A DNA stretch of 63,976 bases, counting the filler, from a bacterium (GTDB lineage: Bacteria; JBBIVP01): NCBI GenBank assembly GCA_037439705.1. It is 5 parts of 5 records of this genome, joined end to end, with 100 filler letters (N's around TTAATTAATTAA, not from the genome) between each part and the next. Parts side by side here need not be neighbours in the genome. Positions count along the whole stretch, not along the records: positions 1 to 13,633 come from JBBIVP010000036.1; positions 13,734 to 27,262 come from JBBIVP010000037.1; 3 more parts are not named here. One strand, written 5' to 3'. The notes under the pieces are model-generated. The model searched no databases and had not been told where the DNA came from. It saw only the letters and a list, made by a program, of their open reading frames with translations. Position 1 is the stretch's first letter. Every line of letters starts with the position of its first letter. Positions 9,613-19,352 of this stretch are shown in pieces. Made by a program: the position numbers and the translations under genes.

Positions 9613-10716
9613 AATTTTATTTACGGAGTTCTCAATATCAAATTCTTTATATAAAAGTTTCATCCCTTCCCTAAATTGTTGAGGCTTACACTTCAAAAAA
9701 TTGATTATGCCCTCTGCTATGCTGGAAGAAGTGGGTTCTACCACCACACCTGCTTCATATTTATTCACAATTTTTCCCATATCTCCCACGTCCGTAGCAA
9801 TGACCGGAATACCCGCTTGAGCTGCATCTGAAAGAATTACCGGGATACTTTCAATCCTGGAAGGAATTACAAGAGCATCACAGGCGTGAAGGTATGAAGA
9901 CGCTGTAATCGGATTGGCATATCCTTTTAATGAAATACAATTTTTTAACTCCTGATTTTTTTCTAATTTTTTTTCTATCTCCATTTTTAAAGGGCCGTCT
10001 CCAAAAATGTGAAAATGACACTTTTTCTTCACTTCTTCAGGAAGAAGGAATATCGCATCTACAAGAATGTCAATTCCTTTATTGGGGTGAAACCTCCCTA
10101 TAAAAAGGAAATGGGTTTTGTCGCTTTCAAACTTTAATTTGCGCGGAGGAGGAAGCAATCTTGATGAAGGTAGAAACGAGCAGGGTTTACCCGCTATCTC
10201 CTCAACATCCTTTGCAAGCGTCCATCCATCTGCAAATATATTCTTGGCACTCTTTAAAATTATTTTGAGGAATACTTTTCCTAACCTATTCTTTTTAAAC
10301 ATCCATATATCTGACCCTAAAGCCCATACAGAATAGGAAATGCGGGTAAATAAATAAAGAATATAAGCAATAACTCCTGACGGAATTGCCCACATGGCTA
10401 AAATGTGGTGATATCGTTCCTTTGCACACAGGTATAGTCCAGTTATTAAACCGCTACACAGAAGAGAAAAGGCTTTAAAAATATTGATGGGATTTTTGAA
10501 GTTTAGATTGGTGAGTGTTTTTTCCTCTCCAAGCCACCAGAAGTAGATGACATCTATTTCATCATCATAGTTGTTCTTTCCCTTTCTCGGGGTAAGAACA
10601 GTAACTGAATGCCCCTTCTTTTTCAATGTCTTTGCAAAATCGCGAACAAATACCCCTGCATTTACAGAATCCTCTGGATTTTCAGGATAGGAACTGGTTA
10701 TTATCAGGATTTTCAT
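9589..10716 (-). CDS. Glycosyltransferase family 4
   Basis: MKILIITSSYP, FIGRFHPNKG, PSRIESIPVILSDA and PVIATDVG motifs. Confidence 0.9.
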   Translation of the reverse strand: MKILIITSSYPENPEDSVNAGVFVRDFAKTLKKKGHSVTVLTPRKGKNNYDDEIDVIYFWWLGEEKTLTNLNFKNPINIFKAFSLLCSGLITGLYLCAKERYHHILAMWAIPSGVIAYILYLFTRISYSVWALGSDIWMFKKNRLGKVFLKIILKSAKNIFADGWTLAKDVEEIAGKPCSFLPSSRLLPPPRKLKFESDKTHFLFIGRFHPNKGIDILVDAIFLLPEEVKKKCHFHIFGDGPLKMEIEKKLEKNQELKNCISLKGYANPITASSYLHACDALVIPSRIESIPVILSDAAQAGIPVIATDVGDMGKIVNKYEAGVVVEPTSSSIAEGIINFLKCKPQQFREGMKLLYKEFDIENSVNKILSFLKTK

Positions 10717-11870
10717 TTTTTTATTTTGGAGATTACCTTTTTCACACTTCTTATAACATATTCTACTTCCCCGTCCTTCATGTATGGGTAAAATGGAAGA
10801 GAAATAGTTCTGTTAGATATATATTCGGCATTAGGAAACATTCCTCTTTTAAATCCATACTTCTCCTTATAGAATTTGTGAAGGTGCAATGCTATAAAGT
10901 GAATTCCCGTACCAACTCCTTCCTGATTGAGCATTCTTACAAATTCTTCGCGAGTTCCTGTTATCTTCTCTAATTTGAGAAGAATCGTATAAAGGTGACG
11001 GGCGTGATACGTTCCTTCTCTCTCATCACTTTTCAAAAGTTCAATCTCTTCCATGGTAGAAAAAGCTTCGTCGTATTGCCTCCATATTTCTTCCCGCCTT
11101 TTCTGGAGGTACTCAAATTTCGCAAGTTGATGTAGCCCAATAGATGCTTGAATGTCAGTCATATTATATTTAAAGCCGGGAAGGACAACCTCATAATGTC
11201 TTGTCTCTTCCTCAATGTACCTTTTCCATGCATCCCTTGAGAGACCGTGCAGTCTCAAAATCTGGGCTTTAGTAGCCAGCTCTTCATCGCCAGTTGTTAG
11301 TATTCCTCCTTCTGCAGTTGTGATGTTTTTGGTAACATAAAAACTAAAAGATGTAATATCACCTATTGTGCCAATTTTTTTTCCTTTATAAATGCTCCCA
11401 AAGGCGTGAGCGGCATCCTCTACCACCTTTAAATTATATTTCCGCGAAATATCCATTATCCTGTCCATATCACATGGCATACCGTACAGATGCACAGGAA
11501 TTACCGCTTTTGTCCTTTCTGTAATCGCTTCTTCAATTTTTTGAGGAGAAATGTTTCCTGTGGTTCTATCCACATCCGCAAAAACTGGTGTTGCACCAAC
11601 ATTTACTATAACATTTGCTGTTGCAGAAAAAGTAAGAGGAGTTGTTATCACCTCATCTCCCTCTTTAACATTATACAAAAGAAGAGCTAAATGTAATCCA
11701 GCAGTGCAGGAATTCAAAGCGACAGCGTACTTGCTTCCTATAAAATCTTTGACCCTTTTTTCAAATTCTATTGTCTTTGGACCAGTTCCAATCCATCCCG
11801 ATTTAAGTGTATCTATAACTTCTTCAATCTCATTTCTGTCAAGTTCAAGTCTGTAAAAAGGCACACGCAT
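10713..11870 (-). CDS. DegT/DnrJ/EryC1/StrS PLP-dependent sugar aminotransferase
   Basis: SCTAGLHLAL, PVHLYG, EDAAHA and SFYVTKNITTAEGG (PLP lysine) motifs. Confidence 0.93.
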   Translation of the reverse strand: MRVPFYRLELDRNEIEEVIDTLKSGWIGTGPKTIEFEKRVKDFIGSKYAVALNSCTAGLHLALLLYNVKEGDEVITTPLTFSATANVIVNVGATPVFADVDRTTGNISPQKIEEAITERTKAVIPVHLYGMPCDMDRIMDISRKYNLKVVEDAAHAFGSIYKGKKIGTIGDITSFSFYVTKNITTAEGGILTTGDEELATKAQILRLHGLSRDAWKRYIEEETRHYEVVLPGFKYNMTDIQASIGLHQLAKFEYLQKRREEIWRQYDEAFSTMEEIELLKSDEREGTYHARHLYTILLKLEKITGTREEFVRMLNQEGVGTGIHFIALHLHKFYKEKYGFKRGMFPNAEYISNRTISLPFYPYMKDGEVEYVIRSVKKVISKIKK

Positions 11871-11904
11871 TTTACTATCTTATTAAAATCACACTGAAAT
11901 TCAA
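11871..11904 (-). promoter_or_regulatory. Sigma70 promoter, leaderless arrangement (degT)
   Basis: TTGAAT-16-TAAGAT-6 nt-ATG, no SD. Confidence 0.55.
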
Positions 11905-11929
11905 TTTTATCATTCAGTCAAAAAGAGCA

Positions 11930-12862
11930 TCACTCCCTCACCTCCCTTTTTATCATATAAATTACTTCTTCAAGGAGTCTTCTTATGTTTCCGAGCATGT
12001 CTGCGAGCAATCCGAGAATGAGCAGGAGGAAACCTGTCAGGAAAAGGATGCCCGAGGCAATCACGGATTGAATGTGTCCCCTTCCTTCACCTATGCTTAT
12101 AAAGTAGAAATACCTTCCAGCAAAAAAAAATGAAGAGAGAAAGAAAATGAGGGAGAGGATTAGAAAAACAAATAATGGTCTATAATATGTGAAAACCCTT
12201 ATTATCGTTGCTCCCTGGTTAAAAATGAACTGAGGAAGGCTTTTAAAAAGCCTTGACGAACGAAGGGGTGGATTTGTTTTTACATCAACTGTTGCTACTG
12301 GAATTTTTTTCATGGCACACTGAATGACGGTATCAACAGTATAGGAATAATTGGTTGCTACGGAAAGCCTCATGATTGCTTCTTTTGAAAGGGCTCTGAA
12401 CCCACTCGTTGGGTCTTTTAAATCAAGCCCTGTAAGAAACCTGACAACCCACGCACCTATCCTGTAAAAAATTCTTTTTATAAGAGCCGTTTTTTTCTTA
12501 TCATATATATCCCTTTCTCCAATGACCATTCCTGCGCTTCCCTCCAGAATTGGTTTTATGAGCTGAGGAATCATTTCCCCCGGATAATGATTGTCTGCAT
12601 CTATGTTCACCACTATATCTGCTCCTCTTTTAAGCGCATTCTCCAGACCTGACGAAAACGCCCTCGCAAGTCCAACCCGTGGAAGGTCAACCACATAAAG
12701 CCCGAGGCTTCTTCCCACTTCTGCTGTTCTATCAGTGCTGCCGTCATTTATAACCATAATCTCCACCTCATCAATTCCTTCCACACTTTTTGGAATATGC
12801 TTTATCGTTTCTGTAAGGGAGCTTTCCTCATTATAGCATGGAATCTGAACTATGAGCTTCAT
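11930..12862 (-). CDS. Glycosyltransferase family 2 (polyprenol-phosphate glycosyltransferase-like) with two C-terminal TM helices
   Basis: IPCYNEE, INDGSTD, NIDADNH and DPTSGFRA motifs. Confidence 0.9.
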   Translation of the reverse strand: MKLIVQIPCYNEESSLTETIKHIPKSVEGIDEVEIMVINDGSTDRTAEVGRSLGLYVVDLPRVGLARAFSSGLENALKRGADIVVNIDADNHYPGEMIPQLIKPILEGSAGMVIGERDIYDKKKTALIKRIFYRIGAWVVRFLTGLDLKDPTSGFRALSKEAIMRLSVATNYSYTVDTVIQCAMKKIPVATVDVKTNPPLRSSRLFKSLPQFIFNQGATIIRVFTYYRPLFVFLILSLIFFLSSFFFAGRYFYFISIGEGRGHIQSVIASGILFLTGFLLLILGLLADMLGNIRRLLEEVIYMIKREVRE

Positions 12863-12874
12863 AATTTCTATTTA

Positions 12875-13633
12875 TCACATGTAATTTTTTAATTCCTCTA
12901 TCACCTCAAAAACCCTCCTTCCTGTTGATGTCCTTCTGTGGATGAGACCCTTTGATTTTATTATTTCACCGAGTGCCACAGCATCTTTTATGACCTTCTC
13001 AATTTCCTTATTCATTCCCAGTTTTTTCAAAATCAAAATTTTCAATCTGTAGAGTTCAATCAGATCAATTACTTCATTGTTATTAGCAGAAAGAAGAATT
13101 TTTTCAAGAGAAAGCCCTCTCTCCACTATTCTCATAGCCTCCATCTCCATTCCGTTTCTGAATGCCAATTCTCCAGCATATACATAGGGTTTAGGGCATT
13201 GGGAACAAAGAGAAATTGATTTTTTAAAACTTGTGAGTGCAGACTTTATATCGTTTAAATACAGGTATACAGTTCCCATGTTCATATAATGGATGTAGTT
13301 CTTTTCTTCAAGGTCAATTGCCCTTTCGCCAAATCCTTTTGCCTTCTCAAGACAATCCTTTTCACCTGTCCTCCTGAACTTTTCAAGGAAGAGATTGGAA
13401 AGTGTGGTTGCCCTTTGCGCTGAAATTGGAAAAGTAGCATAGGATAACCTCCCCCATTTTATTGAGGCATCAAGGCTCTTTCCTATTTTTGAAAGACAAA
13501 GAAATGTGTCAGAAAGGGTAAAAATGAAAAGGAATAGGGATGTAATAAATAAAAATCCCTTCTGCCAATTGAACTTTTTGAAACCCTTTCCGTTTATTAT
13601 TGTTAAAAAAATTCCAATACTTGCAGGTGAAGA
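12875..13633 (-). CDS. Partial (5'-truncated by contig end) membrane protein with TPR-like C-terminus
   Basis: The frame is open from the contig edge through a hydrophobic segment into the tracked 136-aa ORF; TPR-like YMNMGTVY...ALTSFKKSISL. Confidence 0.6.
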   Translation of the reverse strand, partial: SSPASIGIFLTIINGKGFKKFNWQKGFLFITSLFLFIFTLSDTFLCLSKIGKSLDASIKWGRLSYATFPISAQRATTLSNLFLEKFRRTGEKDCLEKAKGFGERAIDLEEKNYIHYMNMGTVYLYLNDIKSALTSFKKSISLCSQCPKPYVYAGELAFRNGMEMEAMRIVERGLSLEKILLSANNNEVIDLIELYRLKILILKKLGMNKEIEKVIKDAVALGEIIKSKGLIHRRTSTGRRVFEVIEELKNYM

Positions 13634-13733
13634 NNNNNNNNNNNNNNNNNNNNNNNNNNNNNNNNNNNNNNNNNNNNTTAATTAATTAANNNNNNNNNNN
13701 NNNNNNNNNNNNNNNNNNNNNNNNNNNNNNNNN
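13634..13733. other. Artificial contig linker
   Basis: N44-TTAATTAATTAA-N44 (stops in all six frames), identical at four places. Confidence 0.98.
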
Positions 13734-13735
13734 TT

Positions 13736-14464
13736 GACCCGTTTGCCATAAAAAGGCTGGAAGAACGACTCCTTCCTTATAAAGAATTTTGTAAAATAGT
13801 TCACGGAAATTTTGCCTCTTTTGAAAATTATCTTGAAAAGGAATTTTTCCTTGACGGTGCTCTTCTTGACCTTGGAGTTTCTGCCGAACAGCTGCTTTCT
13901 GCAGAAAGAGGATTCAGTTTCAGATTTCATGCTCCTTTGAACATGAGGATGGATGGTAGCGATAAATTTATTACTGCGTGGACAGTTGTGAACAAATATC
14001 CCTTTGAAGACCTTGTGAGAATTTTTGAAGAATACGGTGAGGAGAGATTTGGGAGAAGAATTGCGGAGGAGATTGTAAAAAGAAGAAAAAAGAATCCTAT
14101 TGAATATGCGGATGAACTTGCTGAGATAGTTTTAACATTTTACAGGAGCAGAAGAAGAATTCATCCCGCCACAAAGGTTTTTCAGGCAATAAGAATAGAG
14201 GTCAACGGAGAGATAGAAAATCTGAAAATTTTTCTTGGCAAAATTCCATATTTTATGAAAAGAAATGGAAGGATAGTGATTATAAGCTTTCATTCGGTGG
14301 AGGATAGAATTGTGAAAAACCACTTTAAAGCATGGGAATCCTATGGATGGGGAAAGATGGTTTTTGGCAAGGCGATTCAACCTTCCGAAGAGGAAATAGC
14401 TAAAAATCCACGAGCTCGCTCTGCAAAGATGAGGGTTTTTGAATTTTATGGTAGAAATGGGTAG
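13736..14464 (+). CDS. rsmH: 16S rRNA m4C1402 methyltransferase (5'-truncated)
   Basis: DLGVS, RGFSF, LNMRMD, HPATKVFQAIRIEVN, SFHSVEDRIVK and NPRARSAK motifs; head of the dcw cluster. Confidence 0.95.
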   Translation, partial: DPFAIKRLEERLLPYKEFCKIVHGNFASFENYLEKEFFLDGALLDLGVSAEQLLSAERGFSFRFHAPLNMRMDGSDKFITAWTVVNKYPFEDLVRIFEEYGEERFGRRIAEEIVKRRKKNPIEYADELAEIVLTFYRSRRRIHPATKVFQAIRIEVNGEIENLKIFLGKIPYFMKRNGRIVIISFHSVEDRIVKNHFKAWESYGWGKMVFGKAIQPSEEEIAKNPRARSAKMRVFEFYGRNG

Positions 14465-14780
14465 CACCACAAGAACGAGAAAAAGAAAGGAAGATTCTGT
14501 AGCTTTCCTTCCGATGATGATAATTGGTTCACTTCTTGTTGGATTACCACTTCTTGGAAGAATAATTTTAAGGCATACTACCATTGAGATGAGAAGAGAG
14601 ATAACCCGTATGGAAATGGAGAAAAACAAACTGACCTCAGAGATTTCTGAACTTGAACTTCAGAAAGCAACCCTTTCCCGTCCGGAAAGGATAAAAGAAA
14701 TTGCCCGTAACAGGCTCGGGATGAAAGAACCAGCGGATGGAACAGTAATAATTATTCCTGTTATAAAAAATGAGAAGTAA
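14448..14780 (+). CDS. ftsL: Cell division protein FtsL
   Basis: Single TM plus coiled coil, LSRPERIKEIARNRLGM; lies between rsmH and ftsI; exact start uncertain (14448 or 14457). Confidence 0.85.
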   Translation: MVEMGSTTRTRKRKEDSVAFLPMMIIGSLLVGLPLLGRIILRHTTIEMRREITRMEMEKNKLTSEISELELQKATLSRPERIKEIARNRLGMKEPADGTVIIIPVIKNEK

Positions 14781-16494
14781 GAAGGGAAAAAACAACAATA
14801 GAATTTCCAGGAGGATAAAATTCATTTCCGTATTATACATCTTTATAATCATAATTTTTGTGGCAAGAACAGGATATCTCCAGATATTAAAAGGCGAGAA
14901 ATATAAAGAGAAAATGCTTTCTCAAAGTTATAAGAGTATCAAAATTTCTTCAAGAAGAGGAGTTATAGTGGACAGAAATGGTAATCTTATGGCTTTGAGT
15001 CTGAAGGTTCCGTCGGTATACATTCGTCCACCTGAAATTCAGAGTCCCGAGAAAACAGCCAAGAAAATCTCTTCTATTCTTGAAATTCCTTATGATGATG
15101 TTCTTTCAAAAATAAGGGCGAAAAGTCCCTTTGTATGGGTTAAAAGATGGATAACTCCATGGGAAGCTGAAAAAATTTTATCTTCGGGAATAAAGGGAGT
15201 TTACATTCATGAGGAATATAAAAGACACTATCCCAACAAAGAACTGGCAGCTCCGGTTTTGGGGTTCGTAGGTGTGGATGGTGATGGTCTGGCAGGACTT
15301 GAAAAGTATTACGACGAGTATCTAAAAGGTGAAAATGTGGAAATTCTGGTGGAGATGGATGGCAAGAGGAATTTTATATACATAGAACCCACTGAAAAAG
15401 CTTCAGAGATTAAAATGGTTCTTACGATTGAAAGGGATTTTCAATATGAAGTAGAAAAAGTACTTCGTGGGGCCGTAGAGGAATACAGGGCAAAGAGCGG
15501 AATTGGTGTTTTTATGGACCCGAAAACAGGAGAGATTCTTGCAATGGCTTCGTATCCAGCATTTAATCCCAATGTTTTTAATAAATATCCTACGGATTCT
15601 TATAGAAATAGAGCAGTTACTGACATTTTTGAGCCGGGTTCCACATTTAAGGTGTTTACCCTATCAGCTGCTATTGAAGAAGGGGTGGTGAAACTTTCGG
15701 ACAGGATGTTCTGTGAAAATGGAAGCATGGTTGTTGATAACAGTTTAATTTCCGATTATCAACCTTTTGGATGGCTTACGGTAAAGGATGCGATTGTCTA
15801 TTCATCAAATATATGCTCAGCAAAAATTGGATGGAAACTCGGGGCTAATTTACTGGGGCATTACATTTACGAATTTGGGTTTGGCAGAAAGACGGGAATA
15901 GATTTTCCGGGAGAAAGCGCTGGAATTATTAAGGATTTTTTAAAATGGGTTCCCGTAGAGCTAAGCACAATTTCTTTCGGACAGGGAATAGGAGTTACAG
16001 CCATTCAGATGCTGGTAGCGTTTTCAAGCATAGTGAATGAGGGTTATACGGTAAAACCTTTTCTTGTTTCTTCAATAATAAAAAATGGAAAGGAGGTTTA
16101 CAGAGCCACTCCCACCTTTTTAAGAAGAGTGATTTCAAAGGAAACCGCTGAAAAAGTTAAAGAAATTATGGTTGAAGTGGTTGAAAGAGGAACCGGGAAG
16201 GCAGCATCTGTGAATGGATACTTTGTGGGAGGAAAAACAGGAACATCTCAGAAATATGATGAAAAGATTGGAGGATATTCGCGCTCAAGATACATATCAA
16301 GCTTTCTGGGATTCGTCCCTTTGAAGGATACAAAAATTATAGGAATAGTTGTGATTGATGAACCTCAGGGAGAAATCTATGCGAGTAAAGTTGCTGTCCC
16401 GGCGTTCGGGCGGATAATTTCAAGAGCAATGTCCTTTTACAGAATTCCGTATGAAAGAGAAATAAAAAAGGCTGAGGCTATAAATGAGAATTAA
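14770..16494 (+). CDS. ftsI: Penicillin-binding protein 3 (class B transpeptidase)
   Basis: RG.I.DRNG, EPGSTFK (SxxK), SSN and KTGT motifs. Confidence 0.93.
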   Translation: MRSKKGKNNNRISRRIKFISVLYIFIIIIFVARTGYLQILKGEKYKEKMLSQSYKSIKISSRRGVIVDRNGNLMALSLKVPSVYIRPPEIQSPEKTAKKISSILEIPYDDVLSKIRAKSPFVWVKRWITPWEAEKILSSGIKGVYIHEEYKRHYPNKELAAPVLGFVGVDGDGLAGLEKYYDEYLKGENVEILVEMDGKRNFIYIEPTEKASEIKMVLTIERDFQYEVEKVLRGAVEEYRAKSGIGVFMDPKTGEILAMASYPAFNPNVFNKYPTDSYRNRAVTDIFEPGSTFKVFTLSAAIEEGVVKLSDRMFCENGSMVVDNSLISDYQPFGWLTVKDAIVYSSNICSAKIGWKLGANLLGHYIYEFGFGRKTGIDFPGESAGIIKDFLKWVPVELSTISFGQGIGVTAIQMLVAFSSIVNEGYTVKPFLVSSIIKNGKEVYRATPTFLRRVISKETAEKVKEIMVEVVERGTGKAASVNGYFVGGKTGTSQKYDEKIGGYSRSRYISSFLGFVPLKDTKIIGIVVIDEPQGEIYASKVAVPAFGRIISRAMSFYRIPYEREIKKAEAINEN

Positions 16495-18007
16495 AAAAAT
16501 TAAAGAGATTCTGGATGGATTTGAATATTCGGTCATTTCAGGTTCACTGCAGGTTGAAATTTCCGGGATTGCGACACATTCTGATATGGTCAACAAAGGA
16601 GATGTTTTTATAGCACTGAAGGGGGAAAGGACGCACGGAAAAAGATACATAAATTCCGCTTTAAATAATGGAGCGGTGGCTATATTTTGTGAAGAAGAGA
16701 TTGAGGTACCGACGGGCGGTTTTCCTGTAATAAAGGTAAAAAATCTGAAGGATTCCCTTATTTCCCTTCTTATGAAATTTTACGATAATCCTTCCGAAGA
16801 CCTTCATGTTACAGGAATTACCGGCACAAACGGAAAGACAACAACAGCCTTTCTCATACATAACATAAACACTCATAGCCAAAATAAGAGCATTTTGATA
16901 AGCAGTGTGGAGGTATCAATAAATGGAGATAAGCTCCCTTCCCTGCTCACAACCCCGGATATGGCAGATTTGTTCAGGATATTTTTCAGAGGAAGGAAGA
17001 TTGGCTGTAAAAATGCGGTAATGGAGGTGACTTCAATCGGACTTGATAGAAAAAGATGTGATTGGATGAATTTTGATGTTGGAATTTTTACCAACATCAC
17101 AAGAGATCACCTTGACTATCACAAAACTTTTGAAGAATACAAAAAAGCAAAGATGAGGTTTTTTAAAGAGCTTCTTCCTTCTTCCAAGAAGCCGAAAAAA
17201 ACAGCGATATTGAATATGGATGACCCGTTCTGGAAGGAGTTTCTTCCCGGAGAAGGTGTAGAGGTTATTACATTTTCTCTTTTCAATCCCTCAGCAGACA
17301 TTTATGCGGAGAAGAAAATTCTTTCAGAAAATGGAATAAAAACTGAGGTAAAAACTCCTGATGGAAGTTTTAAAATAAAAAGTCCATTGATTGGTGAGCA
17401 CAACCTTTACAACATTCTTTCAGCAGTTGCTTACGGGGTAATTTCAGGATTTTCGGAAGAATCCATTGTCAAGGGGATAGAAAATCTGAAGGTAGTTCGT
17501 GGAAGACTTGAAAGGGTGGAAGTCCCGAAAGGCTCTGTGTTTGTGGATTATGCTCATACTCCAGATGCCCTTTTTAGAGTTCTCAAAGCATTAAGGAATA
17601 TCACAAAAGGGAGATTGATGGTGCTGTTCGGATGTGGCGGGGACAGGGACAGAGGAAAAAGACCCGAAATGGGAAAGATAGCATATTCTCTTGGTGATGT
17701 GCTTTTTATAACCTCAGATAATCCGAGGACAGAAGACCCCTTGAAGATAATTGAAGACATAATGAAGGGGATTGATGAAGCGAAAAGGGATACATCAAGG
17801 GAAGTTTCATGTATAGTTGAGCCTGACAGGGGAAAGGCGATAAGGATGGCTGTATCCACTTTGAAAGAAGGCGATGTGCTTGTTATTGCTGGAAAGGGAC
17901 ATGAGAGGTCTCAGATAGTAGGTGACAGGAGCATTCCTTTTGATGATGTGGAGGAAGTGAAGAAGGCAGTAAGAGAAATTTGGGGTCGGAATGTTGAATG
18001 TAGATGA
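16484..18007 (+). CDS. murE: UDP-MurNAc-Ala-Glu:meso-DAP ligase
   Basis: GTNGKTTT, DHLDYH, DYAHTPD, DNPR (DAP specificity) and AGKGHE motifs. Confidence 0.96.
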   Translation: MRIKKIKEILDGFEYSVISGSLQVEISGIATHSDMVNKGDVFIALKGERTHGKRYINSALNNGAVAIFCEEEIEVPTGGFPVIKVKNLKDSLISLLMKFYDNPSEDLHVTGITGTNGKTTTAFLIHNINTHSQNKSILISSVEVSINGDKLPSLLTTPDMADLFRIFFRGRKIGCKNAVMEVTSIGLDRKRCDWMNFDVGIFTNITRDHLDYHKTFEEYKKAKMRFFKELLPSSKKPKKTAILNMDDPFWKEFLPGEGVEVITFSLFNPSADIYAEKKILSENGIKTEVKTPDGSFKIKSPLIGEHNLYNILSAVAYGVISGFSEESIVKGIENLKVVRGRLERVEVPKGSVFVDYAHTPDALFRVLKALRNITKGRLMVLFGCGGDRDRGKRPEMGKIAYSLGDVLFITSDNPRTEDPLKIIEDIMKGIDEAKRDTSREVSCIVEPDRGKAIRMAVSTLKEGDVLVIAGKGHERSQIVGDRSIPFDDVEEVKKAVREIWGRNVECR

Positions 18008-19352
18008 AATAATTAATTGGGCGGAACTGGAAGTGGTAAAAAAGGGCGAAAGTTTATTTTTTGATGGGGTAAGTACAGATACAAGAAAGGAAGTTAACGG
18101 AAAAATTTTTATAGCCCTGAAGGGTGAGAGGTTTGATGGACATAACTTCATTAGTGAGGCTGTAAAGAAAGGAGCAAGGGGCGTGATCTGTGAAAGAAAA
18201 GTTGATGTGAAAGAAGATGTCTGGGTTTTTCTTGCGAGAGACCCTCTCAAAGCCTTAGGGGATATAGCAATGGGTTACAGGATGAAAAAAGGATTTAGAA
18301 TTTTTGCGATAACAGGAAGCAGTGGAAAGACCACCACCAAGGAATTCCTGCATTTTCTTATCTATCCTGATTTAAAATGGGGAAAGAATGAAGGAAATAT
18401 GAACAACCTTATAGGAGTTCCCCTTACAATCCTCTTTTTAAGGAATGAGGAAGGAGCGGTGCTTGAACTTGCTACCAACCGAAAGGGGGAGATAAAAAGG
18501 CTGTGTGAGATATCGGGTCCCGATTATGGGCTCATCACCTGCATAGGCAAGGCACACACCGAAGGATTGGGAGATGTGTGGGAAATTGCTGAAGAGAAAG
18601 GGTGGCTTTTCAGGAGCCTTCCTGAAAACGGAACAGGGTTTGTAAATCTGGATGACCCTCATGTTTTAAGGGTATCCGAATTTTTGAGGGGCAAAAAAAT
18701 TACTTACAGTATGACCTCAGAAGCAGATTTTTGCGGAAAAATAATTTCTGTTAATGAAAACGGAATGATGGGTGAGATCTGTGGAGAGGGTGTAAAAATA
18801 TCTTTTAAAACTGTCTTGAAAGGAAGGCATATTTTGCAGAATATCCTTGCTGCTTCTTCCGCAGCGATTTATCTCGGAATAAAACCATCTGAGGTAAGGG
18901 ATAGAATTGAAAAACTAGAAATTCCAGAAGGCAGGGGAAAGATCTGGAAGCTCCGCGGAATTACCATTATAAATGATTCCTATAATGCCAATCCGATTTC
19001 TTTTCAGTCAGCTCTTGATACCGTTTCAATTTTTAAAGGGAGAAAAATTTTCGTTATAGGAGATATGCTTGAACTGGGAGGAGATTCGGAAAATGAGCAT
19101 TGCGAACTTGGCAAAAAAATCTCTGCCCTTTCTCCCCATATTGTTTTTTACAAAGGCGATTATTTTGAAGAGGTGGAAAAGAGTTTGAAGGGGAAAATAA
19201 AAAGGTTTGAGGATTCCATAGAATGTGTTGAGAAGCTCCTCAAAATTCTGGAAAAAGGAGATGTTGTTCTTCTGAAAGCTTCTAACCGGATTGGAATTCA
19301 TGAAGTTTTCAGGATTTTAAAAGAAAGATTAGGAGGAGAAGATGTTTCTTGA
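17991..19352 (+). CDS. murF: UDP-MurNAc-tripeptide:D-Ala-D-Ala ligase
   Basis: TGSSGKTTTKE, NNLIGVP, NDSYNANP, GDMLELG and LLKAS motifs. Confidence 0.95.
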   Translation: MLNVDEIINWAELEVVKKGESLFFDGVSTDTRKEVNGKIFIALKGERFDGHNFISEAVKKGARGVICERKVDVKEDVWVFLARDPLKALGDIAMGYRMKKGFRIFAITGSSGKTTTKEFLHFLIYPDLKWGKNEGNMNNLIGVPLTILFLRNEEGAVLELATNRKGEIKRLCEISGPDYGLITCIGKAHTEGLGDVWEIAEEKGWLFRSLPENGTGFVNLDDPHVLRVSEFLRGKKITYSMTSEADFCGKIISVNENGMMGEICGEGVKISFKTVLKGRHILQNILAASSAAIYLGIKPSEVRDRIEKLEIPEGRGKIWKLRGITIINDSYNANPISFQSALDTVSIFKGRKIFVIGDMLELGGDSENEHCELGKKISALSPHIVFYKGDYFEEVEKSLKGKIKRFEDSIECVEKLLKILEKGDVVLLKASNRIGIHEVFRILKERLGGEDVS

